Source: Balanoglossus misakiensis
Lineage: Eukaryota; Animalia; Hemichordata
Assembly (NCBI GenBank): GCA_040954595.2
Contig: CM082589.2
Span: forward strand, 7,313,186-7,377,185
Length of the DNA: 64,000 nt
Direction: 5' to 3'
Each line of letters begins with the position of its first letter. The stretch's first letter is position 1. Below are positions 1 to 12,608 of the stretch, piece after piece. A model generated the notes under the pieces. That model did no database searches and was not told the DNA's origin. It saw nothing but the letters and a program-made list of their open reading frames with translations. The position numbers and the translations under genes are program-made.

Positions 1-19
1 CTTCTTGTTCTGTTTCCAG

Positions 20-3000
20 GCGATAGGCGGCGGGATGATCGGGGGCGCTGTTTATATTCTGGTGTCGGAACCCGGTTCTCTGCCGTACGTTGAGATGGAG
101 CTCATTGCCAGCGCCAAGGTAAGTGGGTGGGTGGATTGGTGGTGGTGGTGAGGTCAAAGGTCAATCTAAACCTGAAAGGCAAAGCGCAGCCGAACCAGTT
201 AATTTAACTGGTGTCATGGAATCATGAATAAACGCAACCAAATTAAACAAGGTTTTTTTTTCTAATCATGGATGTACTGATAGAGACACCCATACTCTTT
301 CCTATATTTTCCCCATTAACCATTTACATAAAATCATTTTGCATCTTTTTTTTAGGCAGTGCTGTACATCTGCATAGCCCTGGGAGCTATCCTGTTCATC
401 ATCGGTAAGCTTGACACATTTTGCTCAATCACCCTCAAAATAGTAACTTGCCGCATTCTGTTATATATTCTTTATTAATACAACATACAATCTCTTTTTA
501 GGGTTTCTCGGATGTTGCGGAGCCCTGGCAGAAAGCAAGGCTATGCTGAAACTGGTAGGTAATATACTTTGAGGTAATACAATAGAAAGGGACTGTAATA
601 TTTCCGAATCCTTGTTCTCACTGAATGGAAAAGCGTAATGTTGATGTGATTTACATCTCATTTACATAATTCTTTCCCACAATACATTTCTGTATCCTGT
701 CCTGTGTTTACAGTACATGACCATACTAACCACACTTTTGATGGGGGAAATCGGCATTGCGGTCTATCTGTACTTCATGAAATCACAGGTAGGTCCATAA
801 AGAGGCAGTGTGCCCAAATATATTATTACGCACTATTTTAGGAACTTTTTTTCCTGAGGGTGCGGTCCAAACATGCATTATGGTGCACGTGACAAGTCGG
901 CCATTTTCGACAACACGAAGACCGTTTATGAAACGTCATATATTATGCATGTGTCGGTTCACTTCGTATGCTTATACGTTTTCAGTTCCTCAGCTACGTG
1001 CAGATCGGTTGGAATTACCTGGACCAGACGACAAAGGACCTCGTTCAGGACCAGGTAAATCATGTTGACGTCACTATCAATGTAGGGCATTTTTTTTACT
1101 GCCGTGCAATCGATTTTTATAACATTATGGTATGTTTAGTGGTCTCCCCCTTTTGCAGTTGTCGAGTTTCTCTAAGAGAAGTCTGAGATTTTCGTTTTAG
1201 TCAAGTATCCTAGCTTTCTGCATGAAATATGAAGTAACCACATGACACACTGTTCTGTGATCGTCATGACAACCCCCCCTCTCTCGTTCAAATATAGCTG
1301 AAATGCTGTGGCTTGCAGAACTACACAGAATATCAAAGCAACTGGAACAACACGTTTTCTTGTTATCAGAACATTTCAGACCCCAGTACGATGTATGAAG
1401 TAAGTAATTACACCAATTTTCAATACTCATTTGAAAGGACCCGGGCATGTGGTGGCGCTCTTTTTTCGCCTGTGCCACCCATTAAAAATATGTGATTGGC
1501 CAGATCTAAATTTGCCATGGTAACTCTATGGCTAAATTTGCCTAGGTGACCGTATGCCTTTAACATCGAGCCAGCTGTACGGTAGAATTGGGGCAGGGAA
1601 CCATACCCTGTACTGTGTTTTGTGCAAACGACATCCTGTGCTCTGAAATCACTATTATTTCCCCCAATTCCAGAACGGTTGCTACGACATGTTTGTGAGA
1701 TTTCTTCTCGACAATTTGACATACTCAGCAAGTATCGGCGGGTCGTTGGTCGGCTTAGAGGTGAGTGACGTCGTACAATATTTGACCATAGTCGATCAAA
1801 ATCACGACAAAAACCAGTTCTATAAGAGATACTTTATCGTCAACTTGAATAAAACAAAATTTATCGTATCGCCCTGTTTTTAGGTCGTCGGAATTCTCCT
1901 GTCGTGTTACGCAATGAAGGCTTTTGAGAAGGCCAGTAAAGTTGGACCGGGACAAAGTAAGTTTTTCAGCGCCGAGGGCGCTACCTGACATTGTTTGCAT
2001 TCCAAAAGTTCAATTGATTCAGCGATTCACGGGGAGGGGGGGGGGCAGGGCAAAGGAGCACTCACACATTCAGTTTTTTGTCGTCTTCACGAACTTGAGT
2101 AGCGCGTAATGTTCATATTGACATAGCTATCACAAAAAGGCGAGAACGCCTTCATTATGTGACCTATGACCCCCGAACGCCATTCCCACCTGCCAATCAT
2201 GATGAACTTTACAGGTGGCGTGCGTGCCGATGGAACAAACGTTATGTTTTCGTATTTCTACCACTTCCAGTATATATGTGTTTTTACATAAACGCAAATT
2301 CCCGATGCTGTTTCCCCGAGCTAACATTTCAATTATCTGGCCTTGATATTTTCTTATTCTTATTTTTTTGTAAAAAAAAAAACAGACTGATATGAATACA
2401 TGTAAGTCAAAACACGGTGTTCAATTTGTTTTCTACTGTAGTACTACCCGTAATGTTACACAGCCAAGCCAATCTAACTACTTTCGAATTTTCTACTGAA
2501 ATACAAGCGAATTTGCCAGTATATACGCTTTTTAGTTGGTGTTTATGTCCCCTTCTCAATGTGGCACTCGACATTCCAAAAAATACCCAAACACATTTTT
2601 GACTTCTTTCGTTTCTGAACAAGCTTGGAATCTGTTATATTTTATGTGGGCTAATTCCTGACTTCTTCAGCTCAGTTTGCAAATTATTCTTTAATTCAGT
2701 AAGGTGCCACACGTCTTTACGAAAGACTCTCAACCGAACCGAACCCGCCGGCGGCATGGCTCTGTTGTTATGGGTAGCCCGCAGTAAGCTTCATTGCTCG
2801 CGCGCCATCACCTTGGTGATAATCACCCCCAACAAACGCACGGCCTGCAGCATGCACGAATGTAGCATTAAACCCTCACTCCAACTTCTTCACCCCACGC
2901 ACACTGCTCACTCAGCCAATGCAGAAAGCAAAGTCAAAAGATTTCATTACATGCCTAAAGGAGGAACGCCCATCGAACGCACAGGAAGGAATTGCGATTG

Positions 3001-3781
3001 GTGATTCTGGGTGAAGGAATATTATGGGATGTCTTCTCTCTTTGGTAATGTCTACAATAATTGCTCCAGATTTGTTGTGACCATAAATAAATCCGGAACA
3101 CCCCCAAATCTCTCTTGGATATAGCTTTGTCATAATGATCAGCTTTTTAAACGTTCTTTACCCAAGCTTTCTCCTCCCTATTTATTTTTCCAGTAATTTA
3201 AAATATTAAGTATTAACATTGGAAAATAAAGATATATTTTCTATAAAGATGATTTTTCCACTTTTTAATTAAAAATGACCACCAGTGGTTGTGTTGAGTA
3301 GAACAAAATAAATGAGCTTAGTAAACTAGCAGTCATCATCGCCCACACTCAGTATTAAGCGTGTAATGGTGTAATGTGCTGCATAGTGTATTTCAAAGCT
3401 AAAAGCTGTTACCGACAACACAGTGACTCCTGAACGCTAAATTAGAACGTAATTAGATCCTATGCAAGCCGTTTTGCACATAGGCTTGTGTGTTAAATGA
3501 AATACAATCAAAGAATCCGCATATTTCTTCAAGGCAATGGTAATCTCAATGTCACTGGGTTGTCGGTCAGTGCATTAGATTATTATGTGACGCTTTTTGT
3601 AAACGTTTGCTGTAAAATCTTAATAACAATAGGCCAATATTACTATTGTTTCCATATTGTGGTAACTGGATTTAATATGGCGTCGTAACTGTTTTTTTCC
3701 ATGCTTTCTGTTTCAGCCATGCCTCGTAACCGTCATGTAAACCGCCAAAATTATTCAGACAGACAAGCGTGGGAAATATAA
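20..3781 (+). CDS. Tetraspanin, 5'-partial; exons 20-118, 356-404, 502-554, 714-788, 986-1054, 1298-1399, 1674-1760, 1884-1956, 3717-3781
   Basis: Exons join in frame at GT-AG sites and give tetraspanin motifs GFLGCCGA (TM2/loop), LKCCG (large extracellular loop CCG) and NGCY before TM4. The last exon is the least certain. Confidence 0.9.
1425..1563 (-). mobile_element. MITE fragment, TTAA-flanked (Kolobok/T2-like); reverse copy of the element at 20811-20984
   Basis: ...ggtgaccgtatgcctTTAA matches TTAAaggtatacggtcacc at 20807 in reverse complement, and the internal sequence also aligns. Confidence 0.6.
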
Positions 3782-4595
3782 AACAGTTTTGTTTCCTGTC
3801 TTATTTACACGGAATTTATGAAGATGTGACTGACATTAACTAGAGTACTTCAGAAAGTAAATCCGTTTCTGCAGATTGAGACCGAGATAGGCCTTTTGTT
3901 TGAACACAACATAAATCTGACGTCGTTCGCGTTTTCGCGCCAATATTTTTTCATTCGTTGTGTACTTCTAATGCTTGGTTTGAATTTTCTGAATAGATAA
4001 AGTTACGGGGGACGATACGACTTGGTCTTGACATGATTGGTGAGAAAAGTCGTGTAGTCTGTAATCCTTGACACAATTTTTTTTATAATTAATGAAAGTT
4101 CGATGACAACACAGTATTAATACGAAGAATGACAGAGCATTACGCATTCAAGTTAAATTTGACAGAATGAGGCTTTAATGATTTCGTCGTACAGGGATGC
4201 ATCTATATCTTTTACTATGACAATCTGTTGTGCGTCTCATTGTGAAGCGTGCTTTTTGTATAAAAGTTGTATTTATATATTGTGTCAATGTGCGATTATT
4301 CCAGCAATAAACTTGTGTTTGTTATTATATAATACTGTAGTGTCTTGTGGTTTATGTGTAAAGTTTCTTTTCCAAAAAGCATCCACTGAATACAATCGGA
4401 TAACAATGACAGAACTGTAATTATTGTCACCAGAAATCAAGACAAAGGGAACCTCATATCTGACCGTGAATGGCGCACTTGCGTTGAATTGTCTGCCACC
4501 ACAGAAACATACATTGTCCATGAATGAACACTAGTATTTACTGGTATTAGTATCCCTCTTGAATAGCTCAAATTTTGCAATGAAGGGAATTATCT

Positions 4596-5977
4596 TCAAA
4601 TCTCACTGGTGCCCGTCTTAACGGCTCTCGCTGTCGTCTCTCTGGCCGTCCTGGCGTACTCGGCCATGACCCTAATGTCGTCCACCAACCTTCTGTAGTC
4701 ATGTGCACACCTTTGGTAGTGACTTTGAACTTTAATGTCTTCTACAGGGAATGAAAACAAAATGGTTGCTGTTGACACATTAAAAGCCACAATAACTGCC
4801 ATTTTTGCGTTATTTTCGTGCTTTCACTTCCAAACTTCGAGCTACCCATTTAAGTAAGCTAACGGATGAGTAATGCCTAAGAATGCTTGTGTACATGTAT
4901 ATGACTTACATGAAATACTTTATTGCTGCATGGCATTAGTGAAAACTTGAACAACTCCTGGTTTGATGTAGATGAGATTTTTAGATCATAGTAGAACATA
5001 TTAATTGTGCAACTTCTGAAGTCTTCGTTTTTGTCCTGCCAAAACCAACAAGAAACAAGTGGATTCGTGTCATGTTTGTGACGTATGCATTGATAACTGC
5101 AGCATTCCTACTTTCTATCATGATATGCGCCCCCCCCCAAAAAAAAAAAAACGTTCACGGGTATTTTGTCAGGAATTTGCCAACGGTGACGCGTGTGTGC
5201 ATCTAGCCACTTTTGGCCAATGGCAGAGGGAATTTTGGGGTAAATAATGTAGTCGACAGAGTTTTAGACGGGAAAGATGTGCAATTTCTACGCCGTTTGT
5301 GTTTACTAAACTGATGTTAAATCGCTCAATCCAATCTATTGTCTAATTTTGATACATTGATGAATGGGTATGACTTGCAAGAGACAGGATTTTAATGAGA
5401 ATGAATATTGATGCGTATGGATTGACTAGTCAATAGGTGATGTCACTGATATATATGTAAAAACAGTCACGTGTTTTCTGGTCGTATTTGTTTTACTTGG
5501 ATAGGCAATACAGTTAATTTTAGCCCTTTTAAAGCTATAGTCAACTTGTCATTTTTCCAAAATTATTAACCCTCATAACTTGTTCCTGCCAGATAAATCG
5601 ATATACAGACTGACATATAGATGGATGGATGGATAGACGTACGGACAGACAGGCAGATAAGCAACAAGCAAATGAGATGCATATCAAGATGGATAGATAA
5701 AACGATACATATTTTTTTAATTGGGACATATGAGCACGAAACAGTGTACAAGTATGTTCTTTCTCGTTCTAAATCATCGCCCTTGGTTTCAGATTTTCAG
5801 AAAGCCGACGCTCAATAAATGTAGTTTTCTTTCAAAAACTGGCGCAGTTGGATATTTACACCAATAACCCGGAAACAGCACAATGTTATTTAAGTCTTTA
5901 CCGTTTCGAGACAGACAGACAGTGCCGTGCACCCAGCTGAGCTGAGCTGAGCCTGGTCCAAAGGCGTCTGTAGACAT
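4596..5977 (-). CDS. Possible small spliced gene (~73 aa); exons 5977-5902 and 4741-4596
   Basis: ATG exon MSTDAFGPGSAQLSWVHGTVCLSRN ends at a phase-1 GTAAAG donor. A polypyrimidine-tag acceptor at 4742 is also phase 1 and continues EDIKVQSHYQRCAHDYRRLVDDIRVMAEYARTARETTARAVKTGTSEI*. No family recognised. Confidence 0.35.
5220..5323 (+). repeat. Dispersed direct repeat, copy 1 (copy 2 at 17546-17666)
   Basis: atggcagagggaattttggggtaaataatgtagtcgacagagttttag...ggaaagatgtgcaatttctacgccgtttgtgtttacta occurs at both loci. Confidence 0.85.
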
Positions 5978-6040
5978 GCTTTGTTAATATTTTATTATTG
6001 AAAAATAGGTACACGTAGTCGATCTCATATAAATTCCAAG

Positions 6041-6096
6041 CTATAAAGGGGGAGTGTCGATAGGTTCAAGACCGTAGAGGGCGTCTCCAGGTAAGC
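6041..6096 (+). promoter_or_regulatory. Candidate TATA box plus short non-coding first exon for the NLR-like gene
   Basis: cTATAAAg at 6041 is followed about 45 nt later by a consensus donor CAG|GTAAGC at 6090/6091. The NLR-like gene has a clean acceptor at 8433. Confidence 0.3.
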
Positions 6097-6829
6097 TGGT
6101 AGTATCCTTTGCCCATATGTGGCCGCTTATCTGAATTTGGTTGATTTTCGTCCACTTTACAAGTGCAAGTAAGTGTATATTTTGGTTTATTATTTATTAT
6201 ATCTGGACATGTTATGTAAATAAGTGGTCCAGGAATGTGTTCAGCCAAAATCTTGAGGAATTTCCGAAAATTAAGCAGGTAAATCTTCTTTATAAATGGG
6301 ACGTGTTTACCGTTTGCGACAGGCAAACAGGTGGAAAGAGGTCGTTTGGGGTCACAGAAGCCTCGCTATTTCCTTGTATTAAATTTTCGTTTTTGACAAC
6401 ACACGTTTCGTTTAAGGAAAATTGGTATCATAATTCGTATTATAGTTTGTTCTAGAAAATTCACTCGATAAGCAGACGTCGCCAGTAAATTTCGAAGTAT
6501 TAGATTTGTGTCTTCAAAGTCGGTACACTTCGAAGAAAATTCGTGTTGGTGTACGGACGCGGTCGATAAAAATGATTTATATCGCGCCTCGGAGTAATTA
6601 CTCCAAACAAAACCCGCGTTTAAACGGTGGTTTTGGGAAGTTGAATGCATGAGGTACCGCCTCCATGGTTTAACTAAGCGAATTATGTACACACAAACAG
6701 AATATGGAAATGTTTAACATTGCGGTAAAACAATTAAATTTTGTAATGTAAAACTCGTTTGTAATTGTGTGTGTGTGTGGGGGGGGGGGGGTGCTCTGAC
6801 CTAATCAAAGGCACTCGACTGAATCTGTC

Positions 6830-7425
6830 AGTCGATATAAAAACATAAGCAAAGATAAATAAAATGTTTCGTATGTGTAAATATTGACGATCGACGATTA
6901 GTTTTACCTGTGTACATTTTTATCGCACCAACCGGCACCAAAACTGTCGCGAGGTCAGGAGTGCTGAGCCAATGTCGTCGCGTTGTCGAGCGAGCAACAG
7001 GTACACAATTGAGTATTCGCAAAAATTTTGATGCGACGATTAGAGCAAAACGGTCTAGTCATAAAGCAAAAGGCATAAGAAAGGTTTCCTGCTCCAGTGA
7101 AACCTTGACGGACGATGAAATCCAGCTGACGCACGACAGACGGGTCATAGACCGCATAACATCGATCTTCAATTTTGCACAAAATAGTTCCAAATTTTAT
7201 CGCAACCACAAAGAGTTTTATTTGAAAATCAAAATTAGCGGATCTATGTATGTGATAAACATATAATTCCCCCGTATTTCTCACTCGTGTACCTGCGTCG
7301 CGAACTCGTGATTCCCCGTATAGCTGTATCCCTCCTCGCCTGTGGCTCGGAGGGATACGGCCGCTATACGGGGAATCACTCGTCCGCGACGCAGGCACAC
7401 TCGTTCGAAATACGGGGGGATTATT
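6830..7425 (+). mobile_element. Non-autonomous element with a terminal ~165-bp hairpin, family H1 (Crypton-like by inference); 5'-truncated copy
   Basis: Aligns with 34014-34655. Hairpin at 7262-7424 has loop ctcgcctgtggctcg and is shared with 13616-13778. Confidence 0.75.
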
Positions 7426-8064
7426 GCATATGTACTACAGTATTCCAAGCGGCCCGTGCAATAATAATTCTGGTATTTTTGCGAGCTCATATGCAAATGA
7501 GCATCCAGAAGAATAAGATCCCCCATTTCCCCTTCAATCGATCGTATCTTTCAGAGTTTAACCCTCGTTCTGTTACACAATCACTTGGAATTCATATAAA
7601 CCTCCGGAGGATATAACAAAAGTTTTATTTCAGTCGCAAAAAAGCCGATTTTTGTTTTAGTTGTGCGCGTGACAAAGTGGTATTTTTCACAACCCATATG
7701 CAAATGAGTAAAAACAAGCCGGACTACGTTTTGTTTGTAAACATTGAACGCCGTCGGCAGAGCTGGAGTATGATCTCCGAAACGTGGGGAATTTTCAACA
7801 TTCGGAGACGCCTCGAAAATTACGGAAATTTCTCGCTATCGCCAGTGTTTCGAAATTTATCGCTGCGATCTCACGACCTCAGGTAACCCACTGATGGAAT
7901 GACCCCACATGACCCTTCTTTGCATAACAAAGGTTGCGTCATTTTGGCCAATGAGCGGCCTTCTCTGGGTTGCATAGCCTTTGGCGCATCAATGTAATGA
8001 AAATCAATACGCCACGATCGAAACTTTGATTTTCGTCAAATCTGGGGAAACATATGCAATAATA

Positions 8065-8250
8065 ACAGAACTTCATGACCTCTGCGCGCGATCTGTGCAA
8101 TATGGATGTTATTTTCACTCGTGAGAAGGTGTATTCTTCTGCATTTTTACTCGCTGTCGCTCGTAAAAATACTCGGAAGAATACACCTTCTCACTCATGA
8201 AAATAAAATCCATATTGCACAGATCGCGCGCAGAGGTCATGAAGTTCTGT
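8065..8250. mobile_element. Long hairpin (~85-bp arms), probably the end of a second H1-like element family
   Basis: acagaacttcatgacctctgcgcgcgatctgtgcaatatggat... pairs with ...atccatattgcacagatcgcgcgcagaggtcatgaagttctgt; loop ctcgctgtcgctcg; followed by TATATA. Confidence 0.7.
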
Positions 8251-11200
8251 CATTTATATATAATAGTCACACAGATGACGGAAGTTTCAGAACTTTTATA
8301 TATTTAGAAATAAGTCAATGTAATCATGAACTTTATAAAGGGTATGGCCATAAAGTTTCATCAACAGAATATACATGCAGTGTTTTCATCGAAGTGTCGA
8401 ATACAGTTCTCTGTAACCATCTTATTTTTCCAGTTCAATTCCCCAAAATGACTACCGTATTCTTGGCTGAAAAGTGGAATCGTGTGAAGGACACTGTGTC
8501 TGCCCTCAACTGTCAACTTGCCAGCAGTGTAGCCGAAGACAGACAACGTAAAACATGCTGTGCTGTTTTGAAGGCAAGTGATGCAGAAAGGAAAGATGCA
8601 GCCGATTGTGGAGTTGAGTTGATACTTCCAAGAATACAAGAAGATGTGATTGAGAGATACAAGAACGACACACCGAAGCCAGATTGGTTTCTTTCTCCAG
8701 AGACATTCTTCACAACCCTCACAGAGTTACAAAATGTGGAATACATTGTGGAACATGTCAAGCCTTCAGCAAAACTCCTGGTTGCAAATGTTTTGAGGAA
8801 ACGATATTTCAAAGATGCTAACATTATCCTCATCAATCACACCATCCCATCAGTTGAAGTACAAGACAAACACATCAAATTTGCTGAGGAGGCATCTGCA
8901 GTTTTCTCTGTTGGACCAGATGTCTTTGAACATTACAAGAAACTCTACCAAACAACCGAAGTTCCTGTAAGACATGAATTGTATCTTCCAAGACCAGAGA
9001 AAGAATTCTTTGATGTTAATGTGGACGAAATAGAAAAAACAAGCGACTTGAAACAAATCCTGACTGTGATAACTGATGAAGATGTGAAATCCCCACGATA
9101 TAAAACACTGGCAGCTGAAGTTGGAAAAACAGCTAGTACATTCGACCAGATGCAAATGACGGTTCCATTGTGGTGTGTACGTACTCCCTCGGAAGCTGAT
9201 GTTGCTAACACAAAGACTTTTCTTACAGACAACTTAAATTGCCCCTACATAGAACCAAACTCTAATCCCCCATATACCTCTCAAGATGAGATTTACAGAG
9301 ATTTACGTCAGAGTAATGTCTGTATTATACCACCTGATGAGCCATTCAGGATGGAGGGATTACGATCCATTGCTGCAGGACTACCTGTGTTAGTTCCGGA
9401 AAGAACTGCCTTAGCAGCATTTATGAACACATACTTAAGCCATGAAGCAAAGTATTTCCTGTATGACCCTTTAGTTGAAGGGAATTTGTCAATACAGATC
9501 AATAAGATGTTGAACAGAACACATGCAATACCCACGGCAACACGTTTGAAGAATATGTATCTCAGTCACACAGAGATTTCTGACAGTCATGAAAAGTTCA
9601 GAGCTTGTTTCAAAGAAGTCCCGAGTACACAGCCTGCACAAAGTAAGTATTTCCTTTTCCACACACAATCCCAAAACACAATTTGTTAGTTTCCTTCCAA
9701 TAGTGTAAATTTTCATAATCTCATTCGTCTTATAACAAGACTTGAGATTATGAATTTAGTCATTGATTTTTTGCTTTTTTCTTCCAGTTCCAACACCTCA
9801 ATTACCAGTTGAGGATGGAAAGAGTCCCTCAACTCATGAAGGTTTTGCAACTTTTGAAGATGGCCACCCTTCCCAGTCACTCTCAACCAAACCAGAAAAC
9901 CTGGGTAAATACAATTTAGTTAAAGATTAAACTGATTACAGAAACAAATGTTCATGAAATACAGAAATGAAAACTGGCTTTTCTCTCCTGAAATGTGTAA
10001 TTTTTAACACTTCATATTTTTATTACTGGTAATCTCGTTATGAGATTTTAAATGCAACTGTCAGTCATTAAATTTTATTTTTCTGTTTTCTAGTGATCAC
10101 GGTAAGTCCCAAATCACAAGCCCATAGTGTAAGAAGTCCTTCAACTGATGAAGGTGTAGGAACTTTAGAAAATGCCTGTTCTTCCCAGCAACTCTTACTC
10201 CAGCCACAGAACCTTGGTAAGTACAGTTTGATTGCTTTCTTTGATTGGAATAGTAGTGTTAAAAATACACATTTTTGCTGAACTGCTGTCATTTTAAAAA
10301 TTTAAACTTTTCTCTTACAGGCAGTCCAGAATCTGCTGTCGTTTCAGATGAGAAACCAACAAGTGAAACTCATAAATCAAAGTTGATACAACGGAAAAGG
10401 CCATTGATGCCAAGTAAGTTATGTTTCCTGCCTTGTACTTTCATGATTTCACAGAATCTTCCTTTCCCATCATCTATCAATAACATGTCCTGAACACTCA
10501 AGTTTCTAGGACAGTCACCCCGTGAACATTTACCCAGCAGACATTTTATCTAATCCTACCTCAAATATCAAAACTGATTGGTGGCTTAGAGAAATGGCCA
10601 TTTGCATGTTTGATATAAAACCACAGTGGCAGTTGATGTCAAAACACACATCTAAGCTCTGGCATTAACATCATCAGACATTGTATTTTTTCTGTATTGA
10701 TAACACCACTATTTTCAGTAGGATGAAATTATATTATTCATTTGGGAGATAAAATATAATTTGATCAGTAATTTATATGTAGCAAAATAATCTTGATCAA
10801 TTCATTTTGGCCACAATTGTCTGGCAGCAAAAATAGTCACCCAGCTGGCAATTATTTCTGTTTCATTGTTTATTCAACACGTAGCTGTTCAATGTGAAGT
10901 AAATCTGGAATTTGAAGAAAAAAAGATGAAGATTGAGATGAAAAAGATTAGAGTGGAAACAGAACACAAGAAAATGGAGCTTGAAACAGAACAGAAAAGG
11001 ATGGACCATGAAACAGAACACAAAAGGATGGAGCATGAAAGAGAAAAGATGAAGATGGAACTTGAAAAGGAGAAAATGAAGCAGAAACAGATGTTCATAA
11101 ATCAAATAACGGCAATTTATGAATTTCAGATAAAGAAAATCATGGCTGGAGATGACCCAGATGTAATGGAACAGTTAAATAAGGCCTATGAGCAACATAA

Positions 11201-12608
11201 AGCAAGATTAGATGGAGTTGTGCAAAGCTCTTTGTGGTTCTTACTAAGTTTCCTTTCAGAGGAGGACATTGATTATTTCTGGCAGAAATACAAAGCTGGA
11301 GAAGTCAATGAAATGCTGAGTGGTATCCTAATAACATCCGAGATGAGATCCCTAGCAGAGAAAGCTGGATGTGTTGTCAGAATCAGAATGAAGATAGATG
11401 AAAAGGAGTATGAGACTGTCAAACACATACTTCATGGTGAGTATTTACATCTGCACAAATTTGATAATGCATCATTCATACTTTTCACAGATTCATATAT
11501 GCTTATATAGCATTGCCTAATGTATATCTACCAATCTGCCCTGAGGCCAGCAATGTAACATACATTTCCTATACTTACTGAAGTTCCTTTTCATTAGCTT
11601 ACTACTCCTGAATTGGATAAAGATTTAACTGTACTTGCACTGTTGATAATAATCTGAAATGGTTGTATCACTAAAACAAACCTTTGATTTGAAATAAATG
11701 TAATCCTGAATGACTTTTGAGAAAGGCCAACCAAATAATGTTTATACGTAATTTGTGTTTTATTACATATAGTGTAAATAAACTAGAAACAATACATATT
11801 TTTGTTTCTATCAGATATGTCTGCTGTCTACACTATCCCTGAGAAGACCTGGATGAGGACTGTTGCATTCAATGAATGGGAGAGATATGTTTTAGATCAT
11901 GTAGAAGAGAACAGCCAAGCTAAGTATTTGATACAGCAGTCTAGATTTCATCCAATTGTGAGTGAATTGAGATCAGAAGTATTTTTCTTTCCTTCCCTTG
12001 TATCTTACTGGTATGAGAATTGTTATACTTTACCATCAACTTTGACAGAAGCAACTGAATATGCAATTAAACATCATGTAGAGATGTACTGTTGGGAACG
12101 TCAAATTGAGATAGAGAATGTCTGGGATGTAGTGCAAGACAGGCTTTGTGAAATTGGGGAACAAGAATTTCTTAAAAGTCAAAAAGACACAAGTGTGCAC
12201 CATGGGTTTGACACCAGTCATGAAGAGAAGTATTTCTTTAATTTGGTAAGAGAGAGTTCATGGAGTGGTTTATTTTTTGAGGTTCAAAAGGAACACAGCT
12301 GTCACTTCCTGAGTGAGTATATATATTTTTATGCAGTTGCTTTATATGCCAGCAAATCCAAAGACATCTTTCTGAAACAACATACAATTGAGATGTTGGT
12401 AGAGTTGATGCCAGTCACTCTACATTATGTATCTGGTATCCTTCATGAGAATGCAACATTTTTCTTTATAGTACTGACAAACTATATTATGAAGAAATAT
12501 CCAGTGACCTATGACTGTTTTGCACTACTTGGGTCTTGTCTTCTTGAATCAAAATATCCAGAAAAGTTTACAGGCATTATCACATACATAGACCAAGTTA
12601 TCCCTATA

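Noticed and set aside
6910-7616. ORFs of 100-175 aa here and at 13485-13783 and 34065-34664 as a transposase or recombinase
   Set aside because: No catalytic motifs; they are by-products of the GC-rich hairpin and appear on both strands.
8106-8433. First ~110 aa of the 527-aa ORF
   Set aside because: Runs through the H2 hairpin and intron-like sequence upstream of the acceptor at 8433; GT4 similarity starts at Met 8448.
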